Positions 9,970 to 20,804 are shown, counted from the first letter of the stretch. The stretch is 64,000 nucleotides of DNA from an uncultured Chthonomonadaceae bacterium (GCA_963835065.1 CAWIEK010000008.1:1-64000), one strand, 5' to 3'. Numbers and translations: made by a program. The notes: generated from the sequence alone by a model not told the origin.

Positions 9970-10006
9970 AGGGCACAACATAGGACACAACATGTTGTGC
10001 CCCTAC
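9970..10006. repeat. GTAG-type REP-like palindrome
   Basis: GGGCACAACAT...ATGTTGTGCCCCTAC; related to 34971-35041. Confidence 0.65.
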
Positions 10007-10108
10007 AATCGGGAACTTATACTTTTACGAACCCTAAGCAGAGGGGCGCTGAAAGTTCGTAGTTCCTGCATCCCTATCCACTACGAATTATCACCTATCA
10101 ACGGTTTA

Positions 10109-11073
10109 GAATCTATCTCAAAATAAGCGAGTGGCCTGCCGATGATAAAGTTACGACCTACTTTTTTGGAGTGACTTATGGCGCAGACACCCTCTTTACC
10201 GACGATCTGGCGTGTTCCCGACGAGTTATGGGAACACATTCAGGCGTTGATCAACCAGTACGATCCCCCTCGCAAACGCGGACGCAAGCGCATTGATGCC
10301 CGTCTTGCTCTCAACGGCATTATCTACCGAGCGCGTACCGGCTGCCAATGGAACCAACTCCCCAAGGAGTTTGGCGACGATGCCAGCATCCACCGCACCT
10401 TGCAGCGGTGGGAGAAGCTGGACTTGTTCGGCAAGTTGTGGGCGGTCCTTCTGCGCAATTGCGACTTCTTGGGCGGCGTAGAGTGGGACTGGCAATCTGC
10501 CGATGCCTGCCTGAGCAAAGCGCGCGGTGTGCCTAAAAAGGGGCACAAGACGACGCCTGTGTCGGTCCCAATCCCACGGATCGTGGGAAGCAAGGCGTCA
10601 AAAAGAGCCTTTTAGTGGAAGGCGACGGCGGGCCGACGGGCATTTGTATCAGCAGCGCCAACACCAATGACGCGCATCTGCTCGCGGCCACGATCAGCGC
10701 GGTGGTGGTGTACCGTCCGCAGCCCACGCCCGAAGAACCTCAAAACCTGTGCCTGGACAAAGGCTATGACAATCCGCGTGGGGAAGAAGCCGCTAAGAAA
10801 GCAGGTTATACGCCCCACATTCGCCGCATTGGCGAAGAAAAGAAAGATGAAGCGGGCGAGAAAACGCATCCGGCGCGGCGTTGGGTGGTGGAGCGCACGT
10901 TTGCTTGGCTGTCGCGTTGGCGCGGCATCCTCATCCGGTGGGACAAAAAGCCCAGCAACTACCTGGCAACCTGCAAACTCGCCTGTGCCCTCCTGTGGTT
11001 CCGCAAGTTGCACGTATTAAAGCAAGAGGTCATCTTGCCCGTTGCAGAGCCACTTTCGTTTTGAGATAGATTC
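10109..11073 (+). mobile_element. IS5-family insertion sequence (IS427-like, two-ORF), 965 bp
   Basis: Perfect 15-bp TIR GAATCTATCTCAAAA (10109-10123 / 11059-11073). TTA target duplication at 10106-10108 and 11074-11076. Confidence 0.93.
10178..11064 (+). CDS. IS5 transposase, orfA/orfB joined by a -1 frameshift
   Basis: orfA carries GIIYRARTGCQWNQLP. A -1 shift at AAAAAGGGG (~10534-10542) gives GPNPTDRGKQGVKKSLLVE...LDKGYD...RWVVERTFAWL, the DDE domain. Confidence 0.9.
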
Positions 11074-11077
11074 TTAG

Positions 11078-12014
11078 TTACTCATTCGTCTCGAAAATCG
11101 CTCCAATAGCCATGTGGTCCGAACAATTTCCTATAGGCATGGTTCTGGTCAAAGAGGATTCGAGGAAGCGCAAGAAACCTCCTTCTGCAAGCGCCTCCTC
11201 GGAAACCATAAGTTGATCGAAAACACGCCATTCATCGTTGCAGTAGGTTCCGGGCGGCAGGGAAGTTTCGCTGTCTGCTGTGTCCTGCGACAGATCGTGC
11301 AGCCAGCGCCATGTCGGATTGTAAAAATACGCTTTCCTGTTGCTTGGGCGCGACACGAGGCTTCTATCGCGCACAGCGCGCAGGTCATTCTCCGGCAGTC
11401 CTCGGAAGGGACGATCAAACGGCTCGCAGTTGAAGTCTCCAATGAGCAGCATCGGCTGATCGCGGTACTCAGGTTTGATTTTGAGTTCCAATCGCAGTTT
11501 GCCGATTTCGCTCGCGCTCTGAACCCGCTCCGGTTCCGTTGTATCAGGTCCAAAAACGAAACGCAGATATCCAATGGTTGAGAACCAGCCAGAACTGCAA
11601 AGGCGTGTTGAGTTGCTGTAGCGTGAAATGAACCACAATCCATTTCGCGCGTTGCTGCGTGTTTTGCGGGTTGATATTATACCGGTTCGCTTTCGGGTCT
11701 ATGCGTACTGTTAAAGGATTGTACAGCAGCATCAAACCCGTTTCCGTATTCCTGTTTTAGCGTGTGGGAACACCACTCCACATCGTGTTATAGAAGTGGG
11801 GTTGTATCGCTTCCGCAAGTTGTTTTCCCAACTCTTCTGTAGCAACTTCACATAGCCCCATGATTTCAGGCGGCCTACCATCGAAAAGCGCGTAAATCGT
11901 AGCGGCTAACTGCGCGATACGTGTGTCGAGCGCATCCTGAGTTTGTGAACTTCGGTCGCGCAAGCCAACCGGATAAAGGTTCATGCAGTTGATAAACCCG
12001 ATGCGAAATTTCAT
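11078..12014 (-). pseudogene. Endonuclease/exonuclease/phosphatase (EEP) family gene, disrupted
   Basis: Three pieces carry NCMNL, GLCEV, NHWIS, GDFN, FDQLMVS and SDH. In-frame TAA at 11757-11759 and a +1 frameshift near the A5 run at 11552-11556. Confidence 0.8.
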
Positions 12015-12131
12015 TGTAACAGAACAGTCGAAATTAGAAACGCGTCTAAGAAGTATGCGCGATGGGAAGCCGGAGAATGGTCAACTCACAGCATAGTATA
12101 CACGGTTTTGACCTATAATTTCTCTAACGGC

Positions 12132-12269
12132 GCAACGGAACAGGTCGGCACGGAAGCCGACATTTTCAAAGTCGTTCTGCGTCACAGCATTGTTCTGGCA
12201 GCGATTATGGGCTTGATTGTCCTGCTGCAAGCCTACGTGTACCCCTTCACCCTCATGGCTCCGCACTAA
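12132..12269 (+). pseudogene. Duplicated 3' end (45 codons + stop) of lctP
   Basis: 138-bp direct repeat of 9267-9404 with 12 substitutions. Confidence 0.95.
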
Positions 12270-12348
12270 CGTGTATTTCGCGTGTTGCGAGAATTTCGAG
12301 TAGGTGGTACTATGGGATCAGGATTACGTTTGTGCAAGGAGAAACCCT

Positions 12349-12819
12349 ATGTCGAACCTACTTGCCGGCTCTGTCCGTCCCTTGTCTTTGCCGGAACAAG
12401 AAACGATGCTCGCCCGTAGTTCCAGCAACGCGCTCGCGGATTTCGATGCAGCCGGCCCGCCCCTGACGCTCAAATTTGAAAATCCGCAAACCGGGCAGCA
12501 GATCGAAACCCTCGTTCCCGCCACAGCGGTTCGCGTTTTAGCGGATGTACTCGCCCGCATGGCAGAAGGGCAATCGGTGACGCTCGTTCCGCTTCTTGCC
12601 GAACTCAGCACCCAACAGGCCGCCGAACTTTTGAATGTTTCCCGGCCTTACTTCATCAAGCTGCTGGAAGAAGGCAAGATGCCGTTTCGCAAAGTGGGCG
12701 AACAGCGGCGCGTTCGCTATCAGGACCTTCTTTGTTATATGGAAGCGTACCAGAAGGCAGCGAACGCCGCGCTGGACGAGATGACGGCAGAAGCCGAGAG
12801 TATGGGACTCTACAAATGA
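12349..12819 (+). CDS. Excisionase-like HTH_17 DNA-binding protein (antitoxin of a PIN pair)
   Basis: ELSTQQAAELLNVSRPYFIKLLEEGKMPFRKVG motif; AGGAG RBS; ATGA overlap with the PIN gene. Confidence 0.85.
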   Translation: MSNLLAGSVRPLSLPEQETMLARSSSNALADFDAAGPPLTLKFENPQTGQQIETLVPATAVRVLADVLARMAEGQSVTLVPLLAELSTQQAAELLNVSRPYFIKLLEEGKMPFRKVGEQRRVRYQDLLCYMEAYQKAANAALDEMTAEAESMGLYK

Positions 12820-13016
12820 CGGCGGCGGTTTTGGATGCGTGTGTGCTGTATTCGGCCTTCCTGCGCGACCTGTTCATGCGCCTTGCCATTGGCTTCGTGT
12901 TTCAGCCCAAATGGACGGCGCAAATACAGGACGAGTGGATACGTAACGTTCTGCTGAACCGCCCCGATTTGACGCGCTCCCAATTGGAGCGTACCCGCGT
13001 TCAGGAGAAAATCTAA
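12816..13016 (+). pseudogene. Truncated PIN-domain toxin (66 aa)
   Basis: MTAAVLDACVLYSAFLRDLFMRLA...PKWTAQIQDEW is a PIN N-terminus; the C-terminal acidic catalytic region is absent. Confidence 0.8.
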
Positions 13017-13024
13017 CAGCAGTG

Positions 13025-13108
13025 CTACTTCGGCGCCTTGATCGAGTGAACGAACGCGGTCAGCGCTTTGATGTCAACTGCTTTGAATTTACTGCCGAAC
13101 GCGGGCAT
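13025..13108 (-). pseudogene. C-terminal remnant of a c-type cytochrome
   Basis: Hand translation (GE)MPAFGSKFKAVDIKALTAFVHSIKAPK* matches the axial-Met MPAF motif plus the C-terminal helix. No CxxCH. Confidence 0.55.
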
Positions 13109-13115
13109 TTCTCCC

Positions 13116-14180
13116 CTATACCAGGGAAGAATCGACAATCGCCAGGTTGTATTTGCCTGCGACGTAGTTGACGGTAGTGATACCCAGCGCCTCGCGCAGC
13201 TTCTCCGCCGGCACTTTCATCGGGCCGGGGCCGGCGGCCTTACCGGGTTCCGGCTGCGGAAAGGCTGTAGAGGCCGCCGTGTGAAACGTGACAGCGCCTT
13301 CCACTTTCTGCATCGTCTGGTGGATATGCCCGTTGAGTACCGTCACGGAGCCGAACCTCTTGAGCAAGGCAAGGACCTGCGCGCCATCGCTCGTGCCCCA
13401 GCCCCAATCCGGGTAAACCATCCAGAGTGGGATGTGGGCGAAGACGATGATGGGCGTACTGGCGCGCTGACCTTTCAAATCCTGCTTGAGCCATGCCACT
13501 TGCTTTTCCCCCAGGCTGCCCAGGCCGTTCGTCTTGAAGTCCATCACGTTCACCAGGCCGATGAAATGAACGCCCTTCTGGTCGAAACTGTACCAGCCGT
13601 CCCCCCGCGTTTCCTTCGCGTAGCGCTCTCTGTAGAGCTTGCCGTCGTCGCCGGTCACATCGTGTTCACCCGGCACATAGAACACGCGGTCAGCTTTTGA
13701 TGCCTTCAGCAGTTGATCCGATGTATCGAACTGTTCCGCAGTGGCGAGATGGGTAATGTCGCCGGTATGGAGCAGGAACGAAGGCGTGACCGGCAGGGCG
13801 TTGATTTTCGCGATGGCTGCCTGCAAAGTGCCCGTCACATCCGGGTTGGCAGGCTTGCTGAACCCCAGGTGGCTGTCGCTGAGCTGCACAAAACTCAGGT
13901 CGCCCTGCGGGGCCGCTTTTACGCGCGGGTCCGCCAGACTTCGGGAGGAGAGAACGCCCCCGGTAATCGTGCAAAGCAGGCCGGTTCCGGCCCACGCCAT
14001 GCACTCCAAAAATCCGCGCCGATCAATGCCGTCCGCCTGCTCGGTGTTTTCCAGCCCGGCGTTTTCCGGTTCGCGGTTTTGCTGTTCCGCGTCTTCCTGT
14101 TCCCTGTTCCCCTGCGCTTTATTTCCCCGCGCTTCTTTTTCCGTTCGGTTGTGCATCCTGTCGCTCCTTGTGTTGGACAT
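13116..14180 (-). CDS. Tat-exported calcineurin-like metallophosphoesterase (CpdA/Icc-like)
   Basis: DRRGFL twin-arginine motif; SDSH, TGDI, PGEHD, HIP and NGHIH motifs. Confidence 0.9.
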   Translation of the reverse strand: MSNTRSDRMHNRTEKEARGNKAQGNREQEDAEQQNREPENAGLENTEQADGIDRRGFLECMAWAGTGLLCTITGGVLSSRSLADPRVKAAPQGDLSFVQLSDSHLGFSKPANPDVTGTLQAAIAKINALPVTPSFLLHTGDITHLATAEQFDTSDQLLKASKADRVFYVPGEHDVTGDDGKLYRERYAKETRGDGWYSFDQKGVHFIGLVNVMDFKTNGLGSLGEKQVAWLKQDLKGQRASTPIIVFAHIPLWMVYPDWGWGTSDGAQVLALLKRFGSVTVLNGHIHQTMQKVEGAVTFHTAASTAFPQPEPGKAAGPGPMKVPAEKLREALGITTVNYVAGKYNLAIVDSSLV

Positions 14181-14226
14181 CGCCCTTGTTGCGTCGCATG
14201 GAAGTGTCTCCTCCCATGTTCCCTCC

Positions 14227-14254
14227 AGACTGATGTAAGCGCCGGTTTATTCCC
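14227..14254 (-). promoter_or_regulatory. Putative ECF-sigma promoter for the phosphoesterase
   Basis: GGGAATAAAC-N12-CAGTCT on the minus strand, with boxes identical to those at 14285-14312. Confidence 0.75.
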
Positions 14255-14284
14255 GGCAAGCAAAAACAAAAAACGCCACAACGC

Positions 14285-14312
14285 GGGAATAAACGCGCCT
14301 GCAAGCCAGTCT
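14285..14312 (+). promoter_or_regulatory. Putative autoregulatory ECF-sigma promoter
   Basis: GGGAATAAAC-N12-CAGTCT upstream of the sigma gene. Confidence 0.75.
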
Positions 14313-14405
14313 AAGCAGTGGATAGTGGATAGTTCGTAGTGGATAAAAGAGGCAGGAACGGCGAGTTTTCAACGCCACGCCGCTCAGGGAATACAAATAG
14401 GAGTT

Positions 14406-14448
14406 CCCCTTCTTCCAACTTTGGGAGAAGGGGTCAGGGGTTGAGGGC
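14406..14448. repeat. CCCTCACCCC/GGGAGAGGGG-type REP-like hairpin
   Basis: CCCCTTCTTCCAACTTTGGGAGAAGGGGTCAGGGGTTGAGGGC; homologous to units at 47030 and 49299. Confidence 0.75.
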
Positions 14449-14484
14449 TACCTGGGAGCCGTAACAAGGATTGAGGACGCGCTC

Positions 14485-15033
14485 ATGGCAAAAACGAACG
14501 ATACCGCGCGCTACGAGACGCTGATATTGCCGCACCTGAACGCCGCCTATAATCTGGCGCGCTGGATGACGCGCAACGATCAGGATGCCGAGGACGTGAC
14601 ACAGGAAGCCTGCCTGCGCGCCTGCAAGTTCTTCGACAGTTTTCGTGGCGGGGATAGCCGCGCCTGGCTGCTGCGCATCGTACGCAATACCTGCTACACC
14701 TGGCTGCAGCAAAACCGGGCGCATGAGCTGACGCTTTCATTTCACGAGGAGACATTCGACCTGCCGCATGAGGCGTATAACCCGGAGACGATTGTCCTTC
14801 AGCAGGCGGACGCGGAGCAGATACGGCGGGAAATGGAAGCCTTGCCGGTAGAGTTTCGGGAGGTACTGATTTTGCGGGAACTGGAAGATTTTTCGTATCG
14901 CGAGATCGCGCAGATCGCCGACATTCCGCTTGGAACGGTCATGTCGCGCCTTGCGCGGGGCCGCAAGCGACTTCAGGAAGCGCTGGGAGGTTCAGCCTTC
15001 CTCGACGGCAGGGAGGCGCGGCATGAACTGTAA
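14485..15033 (+). CDS. ECF RNA polymerase sigma-70 factor
   Basis: DAEDVTQE (region 2), AWLLRIVRN and SYREIA...GTVMSRLARGR (region 4). Confidence 0.93.
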   Translation: MAKTNDTARYETLILPHLNAAYNLARWMTRNDQDAEDVTQEACLRACKFFDSFRGGDSRAWLLRIVRNTCYTWLQQNRAHELTLSFHEETFDLPHEAYNPETIVLQQADAEQIRREMEALPVEFREVLILRELEDFSYREIAQIADIPLGTVMSRLARGRKRLQEALGGSAFLDGREARHEL

Positions 15034-15814
15034 GGAAGCGAAAGGCTATCTGCACGGCTATATGGACGGCGAACTCGACCTTGTGCGCAGTCTCGCCATT
15101 GAAACGCATCTGCAAAGCTGCCCGGATTGCGGACAGGAATACCGGAACTTACAATTGCTGCGCGGCGCGATGCGCGCGGCTTCGCTGAACTATACGCCCA
15201 CGGATCGGCTGCGGCAGAAATTGGAAGCCGAAATCAGCCGAAGGGACGGCAATCGCTTCTCATGGGTTCGCTTCCCGCAGTTCAAGCTGCCACCTAATGC
15301 GCGGCGATGGCAAAGTGTCGGCTTTACGACGGCAATAGCATGTGTATGCCTGCTGCTAGGGTTCATTGTCCGGCAGGGTCGTCCCGCCGCGTCGGAGAGC
15401 CTGCTGTCTCAGGAAGTGATCGCGTGTCATGTGCGCTCGCTGATGGTGAATCATCTCGCCGATGTCGCCTCATCCAATCAGCATACCGTGAAGCCCTGGT
15501 TCAGCGGTAAACTGGATTTTGCCCCCCCCGTTGTTGACCTGGCCTCAGACGGTTTTCCGCTCAAAGGTGGACGGCTGGAATACGTCGCCGAACGTCCGGC
15601 AGCCGCGCTGGTATATGCGCGTCAGAAGCATACGATCAATCTGCTGATCTGGCCGGACAAGGCGGAAAGCAGCCGGGAACTTCACCCGGAAACCCGGCAG
15701 GGCTTCCATCTGGTTCATTGGGCGCAGGGCGGCATGACCTTCTGGGCCATCTCCGACCTGAACAGCGCGGAATTGCAGGACTTTGCCGCCAAAATCCAAC
15801 GCGCCACTCCCTGA
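15023..15814 (+). CDS. Zinc-binding (ZAS) transmembrane anti-sigma factor
   Basis: HLQSCPDC motif, one TM helix and HTVKPWF...LDFAPPV; overlaps the sigma stop. Confidence 0.9.
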   Translation: MNCKEAKGYLHGYMDGELDLVRSLAIETHLQSCPDCGQEYRNLQLLRGAMRAASLNYTPTDRLRQKLEAEISRRDGNRFSWVRFPQFKLPPNARRWQSVGFTTAIACVCLLLGFIVRQGRPAASESLLSQEVIACHVRSLMVNHLADVASSNQHTVKPWFSGKLDFAPPVVDLASDGFPLKGGRLEYVAERPAAALVYARQKHTINLLIWPDKAESSRELHPETRQGFHLVHWAQGGMTFWAISDLNSAELQDFAAKIQRATP

Positions 15815-15912
15815 CCGCCAAAACGGAGCGCATGGGCGCAAAGCCGGCATCTACAGCGTCTGCCCGATGGCATACGGCGTTTTGCCCATGTCGCATTTGT
15901 GCCGGTGATTAA

Positions 15913-17041
<1,129 letters not shown>

Positions 17042-17043
<2 letters not shown>

Positions 17044-17156
17044 GTGTTCAGGTGTTCAGGTATTCGGGTATTCGGGTATTCAGGCCGGAGCATTGTCTCC
17101 TGACGACTGCCAATGTACCGTCCAACCACTTGAACACCTGAACACCGAACACCTGA
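17042..17156 (+). repeat. Inverted octamer arrays (RGGTRTTC)5 ... (GAACACCT)n between pseB and pseC
   Basis: Arms at 17042-17084 and 17127-17156. Confidence 0.9.
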
Positions 17157-17159
17157 CCT

Positions 17160-18315
17160 ATGATTCCTTACAGCCGCCAAACCATAGACGACGACGACAT
17201 ACAGGCCGTGACGGACGCGCTGCGCTCCGATTGGCTGACGACCGGGCCGCGCGTGGACGCTTTTGAACAGGCGTTTGCAGCCCAGGTGGGCGCAAAATAC
17301 GCGGTTGCGGTTGCCAACGGAACGGCGGGTCTGCATCTGGCGTGTCTGGCTGCGGGCATCGGGACGGGGTCGGAATGTATCACCACGCCGATTACGTTTG
17401 CGGCGACAGCGAACGCCGCGCTGTACGTGGGCAGCCGCCCCGTCTTTGCCGACGTGTGCGCGGATACCGTCAACCTCGATCCCGAACAAGCGGCGCGGCA
17501 CATCACGCCCAAAACGCGCGCCCTGCTGCCCGTGCATTTCGCGGGACACGCCTGCGACATGCCTTCCTTTCATTCTCTGGCGCAGCGGCATGGCCTGACG
17601 ATTATCGAAGACGCCTGCCACGCTCTGGGCGCGACAATGCCGGACGGAATCGTTGGCGATTGCCGTTACAGCGATATGACTGTGTTCAGCACCCATGCGG
17701 TCAAGGCGATTGCAACGGGCGAAGGCGGCGTTGTTACGACGAACAATCCGCAGTCTTAATGACAAATTGCGCCTGCTGCGTTCACACGGCATCACCCGCG
17801 ACCTGGAAAAGTTGCAGGAGAATGAGGGCGGCTGGTACTACGAGATGCAGGCATTGGGGTTCAATTACCGCCTGAGCGACATCAACTGCGCCCTGGGACA
17901 CAGCCAGTTAAAGAAACTCGGCGCGTTCATAGCCCGTCGGCGCGAAATCGCCGCGCAGTATGACCGCGCTTTCGCGCCCATTCCCAATCTGCGCCCGCTT
18001 GCGCAGCGCCCCGGCCATGCGTCCGCCTATCATCTGTATGTCGTTCGGTTCACCGGAGCCGATGCGAGAGGGCGGCGATGGGCATTCGAGCGTTTGCGGG
18101 AAGCCGGGTTGGGCGTCAATGTACATTACATCCCCGTGTACCGCCAGCCTTACTATCGCGACACATTGGGCTATCCACAAAACGACTGCCCCCACGCCGA
18201 AGCCTACTACCGCGAAGCCATCTCCATCCCCCTCTACCCCGCCATGACCGATGCGCAGGCAGCGACAGTAATTGCCACTGTGCAGCGCGTCGCCTGCGAA
18301 TTGACCGCCATTTGA
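17160..18315 (+). CDS. pseC: PLP-dependent sugar aminotransferase (DegT family), split by one extra base
   Basis: MIPYSRQTIDDDD, EDACHALG, HAVKAIATGEGG, LRSHGI, LGFNYR and VHYIP motifs. The frame breaks at ~17754. Confidence 0.88.
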
Positions 18316-18329
18316 TACGAGCGACAACA

Positions 18330-18371
18330 AAGCCCCTTTTTGGCAACTTTGGAGCGGCCAAAAAGGGGCTG
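18330..18371. terminator. Hairpin between convergent genes
   Basis: AGCCCCTTTTTGGC...GCCAAAAAGGGGCT. Confidence 0.6.
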
Positions 18372-18397
18372 ATGTAAGGCGTCTGCGGCTACAAAGC

Positions 18398-18928
18398 CTA
18401 CTGAAGCATCGCGTCTACGGCCTTCTTCACCTGCGGCAGCTTGGTGGTGTCTACGTCCACGAAGTTGCTCTTGACGGACGAGCCTTTCCACAGCAGAACC
18501 GTGTTTTTGGCGGTCGGGCTGATCTTGTAAGCGGCGATGTCCTCTTCCTTCGTGCCTTTGGGCAGCAGGACGAGCGGAATGGTGGTCTTCTTTTCGTCGG
18601 CGATCTTCTGGATGGCGTCTTTGGCCTCGGGGCCGTTCATAAAGACCACGAAGCTGCGCAGGCCCTTGCTCTTGTTGGCGTCCACGATCTTCTGCACGTC
18701 GGCCACGAGATTGGCGGACTTGCTGGCGTCACCGTTCACGAACACGGCGAGAACCGGGGCCAGTCCGTACTGGCAGCGGTAGCAAAGCTGCTTGCCCTTG
18801 CTCGGCCCGGTCACGTCCACGACCTGAAACGCGCCCGGCGTGGTTCCCGGCTTCAATCCCGATTCAACGGCGGCATACGCGGTCACGGCCAGCGTACTGG
18901 CGGCGGCGATGAAAATTCCCAGTTTCAT
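18398..18928 (-). CDS. Secreted CxxC protein, probably thioredoxin-like fold
   Basis: Signal peptide; SGLKPG...DVTGP..GKQLCYRCQYG; strongly biased codon usage. Confidence 0.65.
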   Translation of the reverse strand: MKLGIFIAAASTLAVTAYAAVESGLKPGTTPGAFQVVDVTGPSKGKQLCYRCQYGLAPVLAVFVNGDASKSANLVADVQKIVDANKSKGLRSFVVFMNGPEAKDAIQKIADEKKTTIPLVLLPKGTKEEDIAAYKISPTAKNTVLLWKGSSVKSNFVDVDTTKLPQVKKAVDAMLQ

Positions 18929-19028
18929 AATGTCGGTGTCTCCTGTGGTTGTCCGGCTGCAAACCGGCGGTGGATAAAGAGCGCGCGAGTAAATCGCGCA
19001 GGCGCATAAAAATCACGAGTGCGTTTGG

Positions 19029-20804
19029 CTACAACTCTTTTACGTATTGTAGCAGGTCTTTCCTCTCTTGTGCGGACAATTCATGCGCTTTTCCATGTAA
19101 ATTTTTCGGGTTCTGCTGCAAAAATATGTCTTCCAGCGTTTGCGCCTTGCCATCGTGCAGATACGGGTAGGTATCGTACACGCCCTGCAGATGCGGAATC
19201 TGCAATTCCACGCCCGGCGGCGTTGTGCCGATCCATGCTTTTTGCCTGCCGCCCGCCTTCGGCCCGGTGTGACAGGCGATACATCCGGCCTTGCCTCCGA
19301 ACAATTCCCTGCCGCGCAACGCCGCCGCCGTGAACGTATTGTCCGGGGCGCGATAGGGATTCGGGGGAAGCGGCAGCGAACCCACGTACTCGGACAGGGC
19401 GCGGACTTCTTCAGGCGTGGGCTTTTCGCCCTGCATCAAACCGGGAATTTCTTCTTCGATAAACGCGGCAAGCGTCGGCTCGTGCCCGCTCCATCGGTAT
19501 GGCGCGTCCTCCCCGATGTGCCCGCGCAAGCCTTTGGCGTTGCGGTCTATGTCCTTGCCAAGCGCGTCCTTAACATGGGTGAACTTCCACGAGATGCCAT
19601 CCGTGCCGCCGTCGGGGTGGCACGAGTTGCAGCTGAACTGCTTTCCCTTGACAATGGTTGCCGTCGTGAACAGGTAGCGGCCCAGCAAATGCGGGTCTTT
19701 GCGGCTTGTCGCGCCCAAACTAATGCGCCGCGTGATTTGCAGCGTTTGCGGGTTGATGACCGCAAGATCGTTGCTCAACATGTTGGCGACCCACAACTCT
19801 TTGCCGTCCGGCGTAAACGCCAGCCCGCGCGGATGCGCCCCGACGTTGGCAATGGTGACGGTATCGCCATTATTGCGGACCGGAACCACGTTGACGCTGT
19901 GCCCCCCGCTGCACGTAATAAACGCCCGCGTCTGACTGCTATCCAACACAACCGAATCGGGGTCGGCCACATCCTTGCCCATGAAGTCGAGCCACAGGTT
20001 TTCAACGCCGTTGCGCGGACCGTTGGGAACCTGCAAAAACGCCTGATTGGACCAGATGCCCACTGCGGTTTCGGTAGGCCGCTCGTTCTGGGCGCGCTGC
20101 CCTACCGCAAAGACTTGCCGCCCATCGGGAAACACGGCTACGCCGCGCAGGTTGACGGCGGGGGTGCGTCCCTGCGCCGTTTGGGTCAGGGTATGGGTGT
20201 CCAAATAGCTGACGGAGCCTTCCGTCATGTTGGCGGCGACAACGGTTGCCCCGTCCGGCGTGATTGCCAATGCGCGGGGGCGTCTTCCCGTCGGGATTGC
20301 GCCGATGATTTTGCGCGCGGCAACGTCAATCACGGCAACCTGATCCAGTTGGCTGACGGAAACATAGGCGCGGGTTCCGTCTGGCGAAATTACCACATCC
20401 CAGGGCATACCGCGCAGCGTCAGAGTTTGGGTTTGCAGCGAGTTGAGATTGATAAACGCCACGGAACCGCTCAGGCTGTTGGTAACAATTGCCAGCCCGC
20501 CATCCGGTGTAACAGCTACGCCCGTCGGCTGCTCACCCTTCGTTGGCACGTGATGTAGCGCTTTCCCGGAAGCGCGGTCAATAATCGCCAGCGCGCCCTC
20601 ATCGTATTCCGTGACAAGCGCCCGCGTTCCATCCGGCGTAAAGATGACCTTGAACGCGCCCCGGTTGCCGTTCAGCGCGGGCAAGGGCGTTCGGCTGCCT
20701 TCAGGCGCAGTACGAACGGCGGGCTTCGGACTATCCGCCGACAGCGCAAAGCCTGCGGAAAACACAACCAGCGTACCGCCGAAAAGCAAAGCAAGCCGTA
20801 TCAT
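19029..20804 (-). CDS. Secreted YncE/YVTN beta-propeller fused to a di-heme cytochrome c (peroxidase-like) domain
   Basis: Repeated PxGVAVTPDG blades; CNSCHPDG and CIACHTG heme motifs; PYLHDG. Confidence 0.85.
   Translation of the reverse strand: MIRLALLFGGTLVVFSAGFALSADSPKPAVRTAPEGSRTPLPALNGNRGAFKVIFTPDGTRALVTEYDEGALAIIDRASGKALHHVPTKGEQPTGVAVTPDGGLAIVTNSLSGSVAFINLNSLQTQTLTLRGMPWDVVISPDGTRAYVSVSQLDQVAVIDVAARKIIGAIPTGRRPRALAITPDGATVVAANMTEGSVSYLDTHTLTQTAQGRTPAVNLRGVAVFPDGRQVFAVGQRAQNERPTETAVGIWSNQAFLQVPNGPRNGVENLWLDFMGKDVADPDSVVLDSSQTRAFITCSGGHSVNVVPVRNNGDTVTIANVGAHPRGLAFTPDGKELWVANMLSNDLAVINPQTLQITRRISLGATSRKDPHLLGRYLFTTATIVKGKQFSCNSCHPDGGTDGISWKFTHVKDALGKDIDRNAKGLRGHIGEDAPYRWSGHEPTLAAFIEEEIPGLMQGEKPTPEEVRALSEYVGSLPLPPNPYRAPDNTFTAAALRGRELFGGKAGCIACHTGPKAGGRQKAWIGTTPPGVELQIPHLQGVYDTYPYLHDGKAQTLEDIFLQQNPKNLHGKAHELSAQERKDLLQYVKEL

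Noticed and set aside
12349..12819. Prophage/ICE excisionase
   Set aside because: It is coupled to a PIN gene as in TA pairs, and no integrase or phage genes are in the window.
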